NCBI GenBank assembly: GCA_945915275.1
Contig: CAMEEZ010000003.1
Location: 1 to 58,056 of the forward strand
Reading direction: 5' to 3'
Source: an uncultured Mycoplasma sp.
GTDB lineage: Bacteria; Bacillota_I; Bacilli_A; RF39; UBA660
Length of the DNA: 58,056 nucleotides
In this document: positions 9,403-18,730 of the stretch, one piece after another
Position numbering within the stretch: position 1 is the first letter of the stretch
Layout of the letters: the number at the start of each line of letters is the position of its first letter
The notes under the pieces: model-generated
What the model was told of the DNA's origin: nothing
The model's database searches: none
Seen by the model: only the letters and a program-made list of their open reading frames with translations
Position numbers and translations under genes: made by a program

Positions 9403-10677
9403 TCACCTAATTCCTTTGATCAATGCTTCGAGTTCAGCTTTTTCTGCCTCTGTAGCTTCTTTCTTTTCTATTTCTTCATTAAACCATGTTGGTTCAATAG
9501 TTTTATTTTTAACTTTAGTGCTATCTTTACTTTTGTTCTTTTTTTTGTATTCTTTTTCTGCGTAATCCATTGCTTGAGAAGCAGTTTCAATTTTTGCTCT
9601 TTTCCATTGACCCGCAATTGTCTCGATAAACCCACTAGTTAATTTATTATTATTAAGTTTTAAAGAATAATCAATTAGTACATTTACTACAGCAGGATTA
9701 AGTTCTAAATCGATGAGAAGCATTTCTAATAATTTTAAATCTCTTGGTGTTGGATTTACTCCATTATATTTATTTTTAAGAAAGTCATAAGGTGTTGTAT
9801 TTTCAAATACTGCAATTAATCTTCCGCGTTTAGAATTATCACCTGTAGGATTTTTTAAATAATCGGGTTGAGTTCGATACACTAATGTAGGCAATCCTCC
9901 ATTATTATATTGATAGTATTTTCGGCACATCTTTCTTAGTTCTTCTTTATTTAGAGTTCCTTTATCAACAATTACCATTCTAATTATTTCACACATTCTT
10001 AAAGTATCGATATTATAAATGAATGATAAATTATTAAGAAGTTCTTTTAATTTTTTAGTTAATACTTTTTCATTAAATAAAGATTTTGGTAAAGTTTCAA
10101 TTAATAAATCAAAATCAATTTGATCATTAGCTTCTACTAAACCGATTGTTCTTTCTTTTACCTCAAAAGAAGGAATAGTATTTGAAGTTGTAAAAGTTTC
10201 TTTAATTCTTTTTGTGACATCTTTATATTCATCAAGATTAACTCTTACTTTTTGATATTGTTTTTTTAACAATTCATATTCATACTTTCCAATGTTATTA
10301 TATAAAACAACGTTAAATATTGGGTGATTAAAAAATTCAGAAGCATTCAATGGAGAGTATAATTCATAAATATATTCATTTACTTCTCCTTCTTTAACAT
10401 AAGATTTTAAAAGTCCTACAGACTCTAGACATTCTCTACTTGTTTTTATGGTATTTAAATCCATTTTTAAAATTGTCATTAAATGATGATGAGAATAATC
10501 TATGCTCATTATTTCTAATTTATCTAAATCGCTCCATAAAGTAAGATAAAGACTTACTGCAGCATATCCAATAATTGGCTCATATAAAGAAATTAAGTTT
10601 CGTTTATCATTTTCGGTAAGAATGGTTTTGTTAACTACAAGATACTTATCAGCTGGTAATAAATTTAAGATTTTCAT
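9403..10677 (-). CDS. dnaB: replication initiation and membrane attachment protein (Firmicute DnaB, DnaD-like domains)
   Basis: 424 aa. The N-terminus and overall architecture are typical of Bacillus-type DnaB. There is a 4-nt gap to dnaI. Confidence 0.75.
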   Translation of the reverse strand: MKILNLLPADKYLVVNKTILTENDKRNLISLYEPIIGYAAVSLYLTLWSDLDKLEIMSIDYSHHHLMTILKMDLNTIKTSRECLESVGLLKSYVKEGEVNEYIYELYSPLNASEFFNHPIFNVVLYNNIGKYEYELLKKQYQKVRVNLDEYKDVTKRIKETFTTSNTIPSFEVKERTIGLVEANDQIDFDLLIETLPKSLFNEKVLTKKLKELLNNLSFIYNIDTLRMCEIIRMVIVDKGTLNKEELRKMCRKYYQYNNGGLPTLVYRTQPDYLKNPTGDNSKRGRLIAVFENTTPYDFLKNKYNGVNPTPRDLKLLEMLLIDLELNPAVVNVLIDYSLKLNNNKLTSGFIETIAGQWKRAKIETASQAMDYAEKEYKKKNKSKDSTKVKNKTIEPTWFNEEIEKKEATEAEKAELEALIKGIR

Positions 10678-10781
10678 AGTTACACCTTCTTTTCAAAAAT
10701 ATTATAAACTATATATTTTTTTATCACAAGAAAAAACACTCAAGTGTTTCCTTAAATGTTAATATAATGAAAAAATGATTT

Positions 10782-10925
10782 TTATCTTATGTAAAAATAT
10801 AATACTATACAAATTAATACTAATAAAATTGTTAATAATAATATAATTAAAGAGTTGTTAAAATTATTATTTTTTTTCCTTTGAATAATCTTATTTTGAA
10901 TTTCTTGAACTTTATCTTTTCCCAT
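10782..10925 (-). CDS. small membrane protein (47 aa), hypothetical
   Basis: Hand translation: MGKDKVQEIQNKIIQRKKNNNFNNSLIILLLTILLVLICIVLYFYIR. It is preceded by AGGAAGTGAAAGAAG-ATG and has one C-terminal TM helix. It is below the ORF-track size cut-off. Confidence 0.4.
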   Translation of the reverse strand: MGKDKVQEIQNKIIQRKKNNNFNNSLIILLLTILLVLICIVLYFYIR

Positions 10926-11045
10926 CTTCTTTCACTTCCTATTTTAAATTATAAGTTAAATTATAAAATATTGCAATAAGCTTAAATTTAAAAAAAGTGT
11001 TGTCAAAACAAATTTATTATGATATCATTTAATTACTTTGGAAAT

Positions 11046-11122
11046 GGCGATGTAGCTCAGCTGGCTAGAGCACCCGGTTCATACCCGGTAGGTCGTGAGT
11101 TCGAATCTCTCCGTCGCTACCA
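11046..11122 (+). tRNA. tRNA-Met (anticodon CAU), probably elongator
   Basis: Cloverleaf readable: acceptor GGCGATG/CGTCGCT, D arm GCTCAGCTGGCTAGAGC, anticodon loop TTCATAC, T arm GTGAGTTCGAATCTCTC and an encoded CCA. It lacks the initiator features (no 1:72 mismatch, no GGG/CCC anticodon stem). Confidence 0.85.
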
Positions 11123-11133
11123 AAAGGAAATCT

Positions 11134-11154
11134 GCTCGAACTTTTCGAGTTTTA
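11134..11154 (+). terminator. short hairpin plus T-run after tRNA-Met
   Basis: GCTCGA-ACTTT-TCGAGT followed by TTTAG. The stem is weak. Confidence 0.45.
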
Positions 11155-11365
11155 GATAAATAACTAATTCAAAAATGAATTAGTTTTTTTGTGTTTACAA
11201 AAAATCATCCAAAAGGAAAGGATGGGTAAAATGGTTAATATTATTAAACAAGAATTAGAGTAATTAAAAGATAAAATAAAATGTATTAAAAGCCATGTAA
11301 AAATATGTTATAATATTTGATAGATAAAGAGATAAAAAGGTGGATATTTATTAGGAGGAAAGAAT

Positions 11366-12016
11366 ATGATTAGTACAAGTAATCGGCAGTCAGATAAATA
11401 TAGAACTTATTCTATCTCCGGTAATCGAGGAAAAGATGCTAATTATCAAGGAAAATGTTATCCAAAATTAGCGCCAAAATTATCTTTTTGGAACGTATGG
11501 CATAATAACATTGGTAAAATGTCTGAAGAAGAAAATAATAGATATTATGTACAAGAATATTGGAATCAAGTATTATCAAAATTAGATCCAGAAGAAGTTT
11601 ATAGAGATCTTGACTATTCAGTTTTATTATGTTATGAATCAAATGCTGAATTTTGCCATAGGCATATTGTAGCTGCTTGGTTTGAAATATTATTGGATGT
11701 AATTGTACCTGAACAAAAAGCTAAAGGTTATACAATAGAAGAAACAGAAAGACCATCTTATATTAAACAATATTTAGAAGATGCTATGAAGTATAATAGA
11801 AATATGAGAGGATTTAATTCCTTAAGAGCATTATATTTGTTTGAAAAAGGAGAAAATTTAGAAGCTTTAGCCAATGAATTAGAAACAAAAACTGGAAAGT
11901 GCTATGATGACTATAGACAAGCTGCTTGTTATCTTAGATGTGATGCAGACGAAGCAGAAGCAGAATATAATGAATTACAAAATCAAAAGAAATTAATAAA
12001 AACACAAAATAAATAA
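11366..12016 (+). CDS. DUF488-family protein with C-terminal helical extension
   Basis: The motif LLCYESNAEFCHRHIVAAWF resembles the conserved DUF488 C..E....CHR core. RBS AGGAGGAAAGAAT precedes the ATG. Confidence 0.5.
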   Translation: MISTSNRQSDKYRTYSISGNRGKDANYQGKCYPKLAPKLSFWNVWHNNIGKMSEEENNRYYVQEYWNQVLSKLDPEEVYRDLDYSVLLCYESNAEFCHRHIVAAWFEILLDVIVPEQKAKGYTIEETERPSYIKQYLEDAMKYNRNMRGFNSLRALYLFEKGENLEALANELETKTGKCYDDYRQAACYLRCDADEAEAEYNELQNQKKLIKTQNK

Positions 12017-12097
12017 TTCAATAAGGGCTATTAATAAACAAAAAATACAATATAAAAACAGGCAATAATAAAAAAAGAAAAGGAGCAATAAATGTTC

Positions 12098-13006
12098 CTA
12101 TTTTTTATAATTATCTTTTAAATATTTGATAAACTCTAATGATGTATTACTTATATAGTTTTTATCATAAGCAATACTTATGGTCATTTTGGGGCATTCT
12201 ATGTCTATTGGTATTTCATATAGTTCTTTATTTTCTAAATCTTTTTTTATACATTCTCTTAATCCCCAACAAATTCCTAATCCTTCTTTAGCTAAAGCAA
12301 CTTTTAACTCAGTAGCATAAACTCGATAAGTGGGTTTTAAAATGATATTATAATTTTTTAAATATCTTTCTAAAATTAGAGTATCAATAAACCCTTTCAT
12401 TGGTAATATAACAGGGAATTCTTGCTTATTTATATTGTAATTTTTGGTAAATTTTTCATAATAATAATAATTACCAAAAAAGCAACTTTCTAATTCACAT
12501 AATTTTTCTTCAGTATATTTTTCATTATCTACAAAAATAGGATAATGAAGAATGGCAATATCTAATTCACGATCATTTAATTTTTCTTTAATTTCCATGT
12601 CACTCGAAGAAAATATAGTAAATTTTACTTTGGGATATTTTTCGCTAAAAGCTTTAATTATTTTGGGAAGTATAACCGTAGAAATATGAGAATATATTCC
12701 TATTCTAACTTTACCAGTAAGTTCTTCTTTAGTTTCTTTCAAAGCTCTTTCTCCAGCCACAATACTATCAAAAGCACTTTTTACATAATTAAGAAGTTTT
12801 TCACCATCTTCAGTTAATGAAATTTTTTTGTTTTCTCTTTTAAATAATTTCGTTTCCAATTGTTCTTCCAACTCTTTTATGGCATGACTTATTGCTGGTT
12901 GTGAAACATGTAAATATTCTGTAGCTTTTGAAAAACTTAAGCATTCTGCAACAGCATAAAAAACACGATATTTATTGAAATCAGAATAACTATTATAAAT
13001 ACTCAT
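12098..13006 (-). CDS. LysR-family transcriptional regulator
   Basis: N-terminal wHTH FSKATEYLHVSQPAISHAIKELEEQL followed by a ~200-aa substrate-binding domain. Confidence 0.9.
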   Translation of the reverse strand: MSIYNSYSDFNKYRVFYAVAECLSFSKATEYLHVSQPAISHAIKELEEQLETKLFKRENKKISLTEDGEKLLNYVKSAFDSIVAGERALKETKEELTGKVRIGIYSHISTVILPKIIKAFSEKYPKVKFTIFSSSDMEIKEKLNDRELDIAILHYPIFVDNEKYTEEKLCELESCFFGNYYYYEKFTKNYNINKQEFPVILPMKGFIDTLILERYLKNYNIILKPTYRVYATELKVALAKEGLGICWGLRECIKKDLENKELYEIPIDIECPKMTISIAYDKNYISNTSLEFIKYLKDNYKK

Positions 13007-13041
13007 ATACCCTCCTTTTGACTATATATTAACACTTATTA

Positions 13042-14139
13042 TTATAAATTTAAAGTTCTATTATATCCTAAGTCGGCTATCATATCATAATAAACATCAT
13101 TTGATATTTCTATTGCTTCATCTAATTCCTTAGGCAACTTTACATCTTGATGCTGTGGCGTAGTTTCTACTTCTAAGAAGTATTTTCCATCACATATCAT
13201 TAGCTTCCATACTTGTTTATCTTTAATAAAAGTATATACATTTTTATATAAAATTTTATCGATTCTATTATAATTAAGTAATTTATTATATTCTTCTTCA
13301 GTCAAATTTTGAAATTTTATTGTAACTTCTTCATTAGAATCACATTTTTTTATTTTCATGTTATAAGAATAATTATCTTTATAAGCTCTTTTTTGAACAA
13401 CAAAATAAGTATCTTTATGATAAGAGCTTAAATAATTATCAATTTCTTTTACTTTTTTGACATTACTTTTATACAACAAGTTTAAATCAAAAGGTCTATC
13501 AAATATAAATCTTCGATATGTTCTCTTATCTTTTTCTTCACAAATATTGGATATTGAATTTAACATTAGATCTTTTTTCATTTCAAAATTATCCGTAGCA
13601 TCTATTATTTTATAATTAGGATGAAGTTCCCAACTTTTAATAGTTTTTTTATCTCTATATCTTGCTTCTTCTTCATTTTCGTAACGTGCTTCATTACTTT
13701 TTGTTTCATATTGTCCATCTATATGAGATGATGAGCATAATCCATAAATTACATCATAATTACTTAAAATTCTTAATTCGTTATCATTATATTTGTTTAA
13801 AATATTATCAAATTCATCTTCTTCAAGGTATGCTCTATTATCAAGTATACCTCTATCATATATTATATAGACATTAGAATCTTCTGGATAAGTGGCAATT
13901 ATTTTTTCAATAGCATCTTCTTTAGATTTTTGTAAAGTATACACTATATCTTGAAAAACTAAAGTTTTGTTCTTATCAGAAGATGGCCTTATTCCCATTT
14001 TAGCTAAATCAGTAGCAGTTTCTGGCACAACAATCACATAAGAATTAGGCTTTTTTTCTAAATATTCTTTAATTATGGGGATAAGACTGGTTTTGCCCCC
14101 TCTTGGTCCTCCAGTTAATACAATTTTTAAAACTTTCAT
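13042..14139 (-). CDS. P-loop ATPase (AAA_28/NadR-like) fused to a CYTH-like C-terminal domain
   Basis: Walker A LTGGPRGGKTS, then VVPETAT and YDRGILD as in AAA_28 kinases/ATPases. The C-terminal ~170 aa ends in FLEVE, like a CYTH barrel. Start placed at MKVLK (GGAGG 6 nt upstream). Confidence 0.6.
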   Translation of the reverse strand: MKVLKIVLTGGPRGGKTSLIPIIKEYLEKKPNSYVIVVPETATDLAKMGIRPSSDKNKTLVFQDIVYTLQKSKEDAIEKIIATYPEDSNVYIIYDRGILDNRAYLEEDEFDNILNKYNDNELRILSNYDVIYGLCSSSHIDGQYETKSNEARYENEEEARYRDKKTIKSWELHPNYKIIDATDNFEMKKDLMLNSISNICEEKDKRTYRRFIFDRPFDLNLLYKSNVKKVKEIDNYLSSYHKDTYFVVQKRAYKDNYSYNMKIKKCDSNEEVTIKFQNLTEEEYNKLLNYNRIDKILYKNVYTFIKDKQVWKLMICDGKYFLEVETTPQHQDVKLPKELDEAIEISNDVYYDMIADLGYNRTLNL

Positions 14140-14286
14140 AAAAACCTCCATATTAGAGATTTATAGGCCTATTTGATCTCTCAACTTTATTTAACAATAC
14201 AAATTAAAATTTAACAAATATTTATTTTTTATCTTTCTTATAAATAAAATTTATATTTATAAGTTATAATATAATAGTGATTATTT

Positions 14287-14769
14287 ATGAAATTAATTCA
14301 TCCATTAAAACCAATATATAATAAAAATTCAAAAATACTTATTTTAGGATCTTTTCCAAGTGTAATTTCACGAAAAGAAAATTTTTATTATGCAAACAAA
14401 AACAATCGATTCTGGAAAATATTAGAAATTATTTTCAATGTAAAGTTAGAAAATATGGACAATAAAATAAATTTTTTACTTCTAAACAAAATTGCTTTAT
14501 GGGATGTTATTTACTCATGCGAAATCAATAACTCAAGTGATTGTTCAATTAAAGATGTTGTTCCTAATAATATAAATAAAATTATTAAAAATAGTAACAT
14601 AAAACACATTTTTATTACAGGAAAAACAGCATTACGATATTATAATAAGTTTTTCAAAAATCTTATTAATATAAATATCACTTATTTACCTAGTCCTTCA
14701 AGTGCTAACGCAATATATTCATTGGATAAATTGGTAGAAATTTACAAAGATATTTTAGTTTATTTATAA
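14287..14769 (+). CDS. DNA-deoxyinosine (hypoxanthine) glycosylase, UDG superfamily
   Basis: ILILGSFPSVISRKENFYYANKNNRFWKIL matches the GSFPS...YY...N.FW signature of family-6 UDG-like enzymes. Size is 160 aa. Confidence 0.7.
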   Translation: MKLIHPLKPIYNKNSKILILGSFPSVISRKENFYYANKNNRFWKILEIIFNVKLENMDNKINFLLLNKIALWDVIYSCEINNSSDCSIKDVVPNNINKIIKNSNIKHIFITGKTALRYYNKFFKNLININITYLPSPSSANAIYSLDKLVEIYKDILVYL

Positions 14770-14804
14770 TTATTTAATCCATTATAATTAATGGAGGGAT
14801 TAGA

Positions 14805-15020
14805 ATGAAGAAAATACCAAATATGATATCCTCAAAAGATTTGTCTTATATATCTGATATGTTTAATTGGAATTTTACTGCAGCAAAAAAGACAGAATTT
14901 TATTTAGAGTCTTGTGAGGATGAAGATTTATGTAAAGAATTAACTAAATTAAATAAAATTCATTTAAAAAATTGTCAGAACTTAACAAAATTATTAGAAA
15001 ATGGTGATGATAATGAATGA
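14805..15020 (+). CDS. hypothetical small protein (partner of CotF-like gene)
   Basis: 71 aa with RBS GGAGGGATTAGA before the ATG. Its stop overlaps the next gene's start (ATGAATGA). Confidence 0.5.
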   Translation: MKKIPNMISSKDLSYISDMFNWNFTAAKKTEFYLESCEDEDLCKELTKLNKIHLKNCQNLTKLLENGDDNE

Positions 15021-15267
15021 TAAATATATATTATATGATATTTTAGAAACAGAAAAAAATATTGTGGTTAATACTGCTATTGCTTTAAACGAAGCTAGTT
15101 GTACACCAATTTATGACGCTTATTTTGAAATGTTTGATACTATTTCAAAGGAAGCTAAAACATTATTTAATTTAGCTTACAATAAAAATTGGTATACTTT
15201 AGAAGAAGCAACTAAAACTAAAATTGAACAAGAATATACTAAGTTAAATAGTGAACTTAGCAAATAA
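15013..15267 (+). CDS. spore coat protein F (Coat_F)-like domain protein
   Basis: ILYDILETEKNIVVNTAIALNEASCTPIYDAYFEMF...NKNWYTLEEA fits the Coat_F pattern D.L..EK.....Y..A..EA ... GWY....A. Confidence 0.55.
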   Translation: MNDKYILYDILETEKNIVVNTAIALNEASCTPIYDAYFEMFDTISKEAKTLFNLAYNKNWYTLEEATKTKIEQEYTKLNSELSK

Positions 15268-15289
15268 AAAAGGAGTTTTTCCTTTTTTT
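15268..15289 (+). terminator. intrinsic terminator of CotF-like operon
   Basis: AAAAGG-AGTTTTT-CCTTTT followed by a T-run. Confidence 0.6.
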
Positions 15290-15293
15290 ATAT

Positions 15294-15320
15294 TAAAAAA
15301 ACGACTATAAAAAGTCGTTT
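15294..15320 (-). terminator. intrinsic terminator after tRNA-Ala (bidirectional hairpin)
   Basis: AAACGACT-ATAAA-AGTCGTTT is flanked by an A-run and a T-run, so it reads as stem plus T-run on the minus strand. Confidence 0.65.
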
Positions 15321-15330
15321 ATGTTCATAT

Positions 15331-15407
15331 TGGTGGAGAATAAGGGATTCGAACCCTTGACCCCCTGCGTGCAAGGCAGGTGCTCTAGCCAACTGAGCCA
15401 ATTCCCC
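15331..15407 (-). tRNA. tRNA-Ala (anticodon UGC)
   Basis: Reverse complement GGGGAATTGGCTCAGTTGGCTAGAGCACCTGCCTTGCACGCAGGGGGTCAAGGGTTCGAATCCCTTATTCTCCACCA. It has the G3:U70 identity pair, anticodon loop CTTGCAC and an encoded CCA. Confidence 0.92.
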
Positions 15408-15468
15408 AAAGAACAAAATTATCTTATCACATAAGATAATTTTTAGCAAGAGCTTTTTTATTATTTTA

Positions 15469-15669
15469 TTAATTTTCTTTTATTTTTAACAAATGTTTTT
15501 CAACTTCTTCCAAAGCCCTACCTAATTCTTTTTTGTTGATATACTCCTCTTCATTCATTTGAAAATGTTTGTTTTCTAACATTTGTTTACTTCTGATTGA
15601 AGCAACATGAACTAATTTATATTTTGAATCTACTATATTTAATAGTTTATCAATTGATGGGTATAACAT
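15469..15669 (-). CDS. rpoZ: DNA-directed RNA polymerase subunit omega
   Basis: 66 aa. MLYPSIDKLLNIVDSKYKLVHVASIRSKQM is the canonical RpoZ N-terminus. Confidence 0.88.
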   Translation of the reverse strand: MLYPSIDKLLNIVDSKYKLVHVASIRSKQMLENKHFQMNEEEYINKKELGRALEEVEKHLLKIKEN

Positions 15670-15743
15670 TTTCTCACATCCTTACATTATTATGATACTA
15701 AATAATATGTAAACCATACAAGATTTTTGTATATTATTGACAT

Positions 15744-17615
15744 TTATTTTACTAATTGTCTTAACGCTTCTAAAATTAAAACCATTGCCCAGGTATCTTG
15801 CTTACAATATATTTTTAAAGCTTCATATTTTAAATTAAATTCTTCTTTAGACATTTTATCATAATTAGCATATTCAACAATTGCTTCAGTACCATTTTTA
15901 ACTACTAATTTATCATATGATAAGTCAGAGAATACCGGCAATGTTTTTTTTATGGAAAATGAACCACTTAAAGCTTTATTATAGTAATTAAACATTTTGG
16001 CTTTTTCTTTATCAAATCCTAATTCTTCATACATTTTTGAATTAGTGTTAACTAGCCATAGTAAATCAAATCCACGATCATGTAATTTCATTAATTCATT
16101 TTTATATTTTGGAAAGCATTCAGCCATTTCTTTTATTCTGCCTTTTTCAAAAGTCACATTTTGAGCAAATAAAGTTCCTTTATTTGGATCCATATATTTA
16201 AGCATCGCTTTAATCATTTCTTCTCTTTGATCTGACAAATCACTATTCAGAAAAATATAGTTATCTTTATCAAAATCACACACTCCAGGTTCTCGTTCTA
16301 TATGTAAACTAAATTCAAATGGCGATTGAATATATGGCTTTTCTCCTTTAAATCTTGGAACAGGACAAGGAAACGTTTCAAAGTCTAAATGATAAATTGG
16401 ATATTCTAACATTTTAAGTCCAGCGGATAGTTTTTCCTTATCAATATATATAGTATCAAATTGATAACAATTTCTTTCTATTATATGATTAGGATTTGTT
16501 ATCCATTCTTCTGGCACATCCATTAAATTTATATATCCTTCATTTATTAAATCAAGTCCTTTTAATCTTTCTCCGTTTAAAGTCTTAAAACCTTGTCCAT
16601 TATTTACATAACTTAAAGACGAATTCTTTTTAGGAATTTTTTTCCCACAAATTGCATTAAAAAACTTGCATTGATTTTTTTTCTTATAAGTACACCATTT
16701 ACCTAAAGGACATTCTTTCGTATCGCTATTCTTAATATATCTTTCTAATTTATCAGCCTCAGAAATAATAAATGGTTGTAATTCGCCAGTAACTTTAGTT
16801 AAATCTATAAATGTAATTAATTCTTCCCCATTTTCATCGGGTTCATATACTGGCTCATTATCAATATATTTCCCCGAAAATGTATAATCAGCATTTAATA
16901 CCCCTAAATAATATCGAAAATTTTTGATTTTATCTTCATTATTACTTTGTTTATATTCACCTTCTATAATAAATCTTTGAATAGCTAAATCAAAAACATA
17001 TGATCCTTCTTTATAACGATCAAAAAGCTTTTCTTTTTGTTTTTGATAATTTTCCAATGGCATTTCTCTTTGAATATCATATCCATCTATTTCATCTTTT
17101 AAATAAAGAATATTATCAATCTTATGAAAAATAGAATATTTTTCGCACTTTTTATGATTTGATTTTAAATTCATATATTTATTAGTAGTTGTAGCTTTAA
17201 CTTCTATTATATTTATTTTGTCATCCACTTCATTATAAACATCAATATAACATAAATAATTAAAACCATTTCGGTTAAAATCAAAACACTCTTGGCTTTT
17301 TGTATCAGCAGCATATTTTACAGTACCGCCAAAATATTTTTTAGCAATTTTTCCAGCCTCTTCTTCCACTTTGTTATAATAAGGTAGCATAGCCTCTAAT
17401 TGTCGATCTAATTTGTCTACTAAATCGACTTCTTCGCCATTTTCATCCACTTCAAACATATTTCCTAAAATTTCTTCAATATGAGATAAATTTTCTTCTT
17501 CTAAATATTCATCATATGAAATATCGCTAAGAAGTTTCTCCTTTTTTATATTATCTAAAGCAGCATATCTAGGGCATCGAGAATAATTAATAAAATTAGT
17601 TTTGGTAATTGGCAT
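15744..17615 (-). CDS. DUF2779-type protein with RecB/Cas4-like N-terminal nuclease fold and Cys cluster
   Basis: An N-terminal Cys (YSRCPRYAAL) plus the cluster ECPLGKWCTYKKKNQCKFFNAICG resembles the Fe-S staple of Cas4/AddB-type PD-(D/E)xK nucleases. The core IIEVKATT resembles the ExK motif. The C-terminal half is DUF2779-like. Confidence 0.6.
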   Translation of the reverse strand: MPITKTNFINYSRCPRYAALDNIKKEKLLSDISYDEYLEEENLSHIEEILGNMFEVDENGEEVDLVDKLDRQLEAMLPYYNKVEEEAGKIAKKYFGGTVKYAADTKSQECFDFNRNGFNYLCYIDVYNEVDDKINIIEVKATTTNKYMNLKSNHKKCEKYSIFHKIDNILYLKDEIDGYDIQREMPLENYQKQKEKLFDRYKEGSYVFDLAIQRFIIEGEYKQSNNEDKIKNFRYYLGVLNADYTFSGKYIDNEPVYEPDENGEELITFIDLTKVTGELQPFIISEADKLERYIKNSDTKECPLGKWCTYKKKNQCKFFNAICGKKIPKKNSSLSYVNNGQGFKTLNGERLKGLDLINEGYINLMDVPEEWITNPNHIIERNCYQFDTIYIDKEKLSAGLKMLEYPIYHLDFETFPCPVPRFKGEKPYIQSPFEFSLHIEREPGVCDFDKDNYIFLNSDLSDQREEMIKAMLKYMDPNKGTLFAQNVTFEKGRIKEMAECFPKYKNELMKLHDRGFDLLWLVNTNSKMYEELGFDKEKAKMFNYYNKALSGSFSIKKTLPVFSDLSYDKLVVKNGTEAIVEYANYDKMSKEEFNLKYEALKIYCKQDTWAMVLILEALRQLVK

Positions 17616-17622
17616 AGCTCAC

Positions 17623-17979
17623 CTATTCAACTACTTTAGCCGTAATTTTATCATCTTTTAAAGTTAGCTTTATCTTAACCTTAGACAAATCTCTTTCACT
17701 TGATAAAATATGATTATTTTCATCAACAGGCAGAAGATTAGCATCAACCAAATCTTTAGCTAAAATAAATATTTCATTATTTTCATTAAATTTATCTTTA
17801 TTTAATTCACCATAAAACTCAGCTTGCTTTTCTATTAAATAATAATTATCATTTTGAACCTCAGTTGCTAAGTCATTTGAAAATGCATATGATGTTTTGA
17901 TTATTGCTATCATCGATACAATTCCTAATACTGCAATTACCACTAATAATTCTGGAATAGTATATCCTTTGTTTTTCAT
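17623..17979 (-). CDS. prepilin-type N-terminal cleavage/methylation domain protein (ComGC-like pseudopilin)
   Basis: MKNKGYTIPELLVVIAVLGIVSMIAI is a class III signal: G at -1, E at +5 and a hydrophobic helix. RBS AAGGTGG lies 5 nt upstream. Confidence 0.8.
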   Translation of the reverse strand: MKNKGYTIPELLVVIAVLGIVSMIAIIKTSYAFSNDLATEVQNDNYYLIEKQAEFYGELNKDKFNENNEIFILAKDLVDANLLPVDENNHILSSERDLSKVKIKLTLKDDKITAKVVE

Positions 17980-18015
17980 TATTACCACCTTAATTAATTA
18001 TATCATATTTCTATA

Positions 18016-18684
18016 TCATTTAATATTATTTTCTTCACTTATCATATCATTTAATGAAATAATTTTTAAATCTCGATATTTTATTTCTTCAATCAATCTC
18101 TCTATTTCTTCAACACTTAAATTTTCTTCTATAAGTATAATATCTCCTGATTCAATTTTATTTTTTTCTGTCAAAACATTTTGATGGTTAATGACTAAAG
18201 ATGGCTTAACTCTTAATTCAGTAGAATTACATTTGCTATTAATATTTATTATACAAACACCATCATATTCAGTATCATATCCTAAATTTTTTAAATATGT
18301 TTTAATATAAGGATTATTTTTTATAACTAAGGATATAGCATTTTTATTTTTATTTCCTTTTATAATTATTTTATCTTTATTATCTACTAAAGATATCTCT
18401 GGTTTTATTTGATCATATTTCAAATAGTATTCATTAAAGACATTAATTGATTTCATATTATTATAACTCTTATTAGCATTTACATTTAATCCATTTATTC
18501 CTGGAATAATAGTTTCCCCCTCAATTTTAGCATTAACATAATCCACATTATAACGTTCTTTTGTATTATTGATTTTTATCATCAATTCATCTTTATTTTT
18601 CATCACAATTGCTATTTTTTCTGTATAATAAAAACTAAAACAAACTAAAAAAAGGATGCTTAGTATTTTAATAATTTTCTTCAT
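18016..18684 (-). CDS. membrane-anchored hypothetical protein
   Basis: 222 aa with an N-terminal TM/signal anchor KKIIKILSILFLVCFSFYY. The layout loosely recalls sporulation polysaccharide deacetylases, but no catalytic Asp-Asp/His motifs are seen. Confidence 0.5.
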   Translation of the reverse strand: MKKIIKILSILFLVCFSFYYTEKIAIVMKNKDELMIKINNTKERYNVDYVNAKIEGETIIPGINGLNVNANKSYNNMKSINVFNEYYLKYDQIKPEISLVDNKDKIIIKGNKNKNAISLVIKNNPYIKTYLKNLGYDTEYDGVCIININSKCNSTELRVKPSLVINHQNVLTEKNKIESGDIILIEENLSVEEIERLIEEIKYRDLKIISLNDMISEENNIK

Positions 18685-18730
18685 AAACTCACCTATTAAA
18701 GTATATAAAAAAAAGTTATAATTATAACTT

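Noticed and set aside
11046-11122. tRNA(CAU) as initiator tRNA-fMet or lysidine-modified tRNA-Ile2
   Set aside because: A paired 1:72 (G:U) and the absence of the three consecutive G:C pairs in the anticodon stem argue against an initiator. Ile2 cannot be excluded from sequence alone, but the strong resemblance to Bacillus elongator tRNA-Met favours Met.
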